A DNA stretch of 64,000 nt, from the NCBI GenBank assembly GCA_964106915.2, contig OZ066914.1; one strand, given 5' to 3'. Below are positions 63,489 through 64,000 of this stretch, one piece after another. The first letter of the stretch is position 1. The number at the start of each line of letters is the position of its first letter. The DNA comes from Podarcis gaigeae. Lineage: Eukaryota. Both the position numbers and the translations under genes were made by a program. Below the pieces are notes generated by a model that was not told the origin of the DNA, searched no databases, and worked only from the letters and a program-made list of their open reading frames with translations.

Positions 63489-64000
63489 TTAATGACGTAG
63501 TAGCGTCTTCTATTTTTGTGGAAGAGGGCTTTCTCTGAGGTCTGACCCAGTCATTTATGGAATATTCATTGTATATCTGTAGAACTTTTAAAAATAATTA
63601 TAAGAATTTGTACAAATCGTTTTGTTGCTTTTAGAGCTTGCATTTTTTGTATTTTATCTCATTTTTATTTTGTTATACAGTGCTTTGATAGCTTCAGGCT
63701 GTGCAGCAGTTTATAAATTAGTCAAGTTAATGATAATGATTAAGATCTATAAAGGTCGATTATAAAGGAAATTAAATGCAAGAATTTCCTTGTGATTTCA
63801 CCGTTTATAACCCTGCTATCCATGGGCATATATGTTCCTGCAACTCACGATAACACTTCATACATCTGATTAAAGCTCTTGCCCTATTTAATTGTTAGTC
63901 TAAAGGTGCCACAATGTTCTTTCTTATTTTCGCTGCAGCAGATTAATATGACTGTCCCTCTGGAATTGCATTTCAATGGGCATTTTATGTTGGAAAAAGG

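Overview
Vertebrate intronic DNA from a squamate reptile, probably a lacertid lizard judging by its Sauria SINE, BovB, CR1, L2, hAT and Tigger-type repeats. The whole window lies inside BRF1 (TFIIIB subunit, + strand). Five BRF1 coding exons are recognisable: 2608-2781, 26510-26541, 37608-37680, 52605-52754 and 56255-56348. The 23.7-kb intron 2782-26509 is a U12-type minor-spliceosome intron (GTATCCTTT ... TTCCTTAAC ... CAG). BTBD6 is nested antisense in the intron between 37680 and 52605, with four coding exons (the first runs into an N gap) and a CpG-island promoter at about 43.6-46.3 kb. The best candidate for something undescribed is a second antisense, multi-exon gene remnant at about 56.8-62.45 kb. 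Its exon-like segments are collinear with my recollection of the C-terminal half of RGSL1 (RGS22/RGSL1 family), and it looks pseudogenised (stops, a TE insertion in an exon, a GT>AT donor). Other notable items: a BTBD6 coding segment that doubles as a 3' splice site, mini-uORFs ahead of the short BTBD6 start, a 141-bp duplication around a 15-bp CR1 tail, a hAT MITE with captured DNA, and MITEs carrying NRF1/ETS/CRE motifs. Two assembly gaps: 24278-24491 and 43445-43644. All homology calls come from remembered protein and repeat sequences, not database searches.
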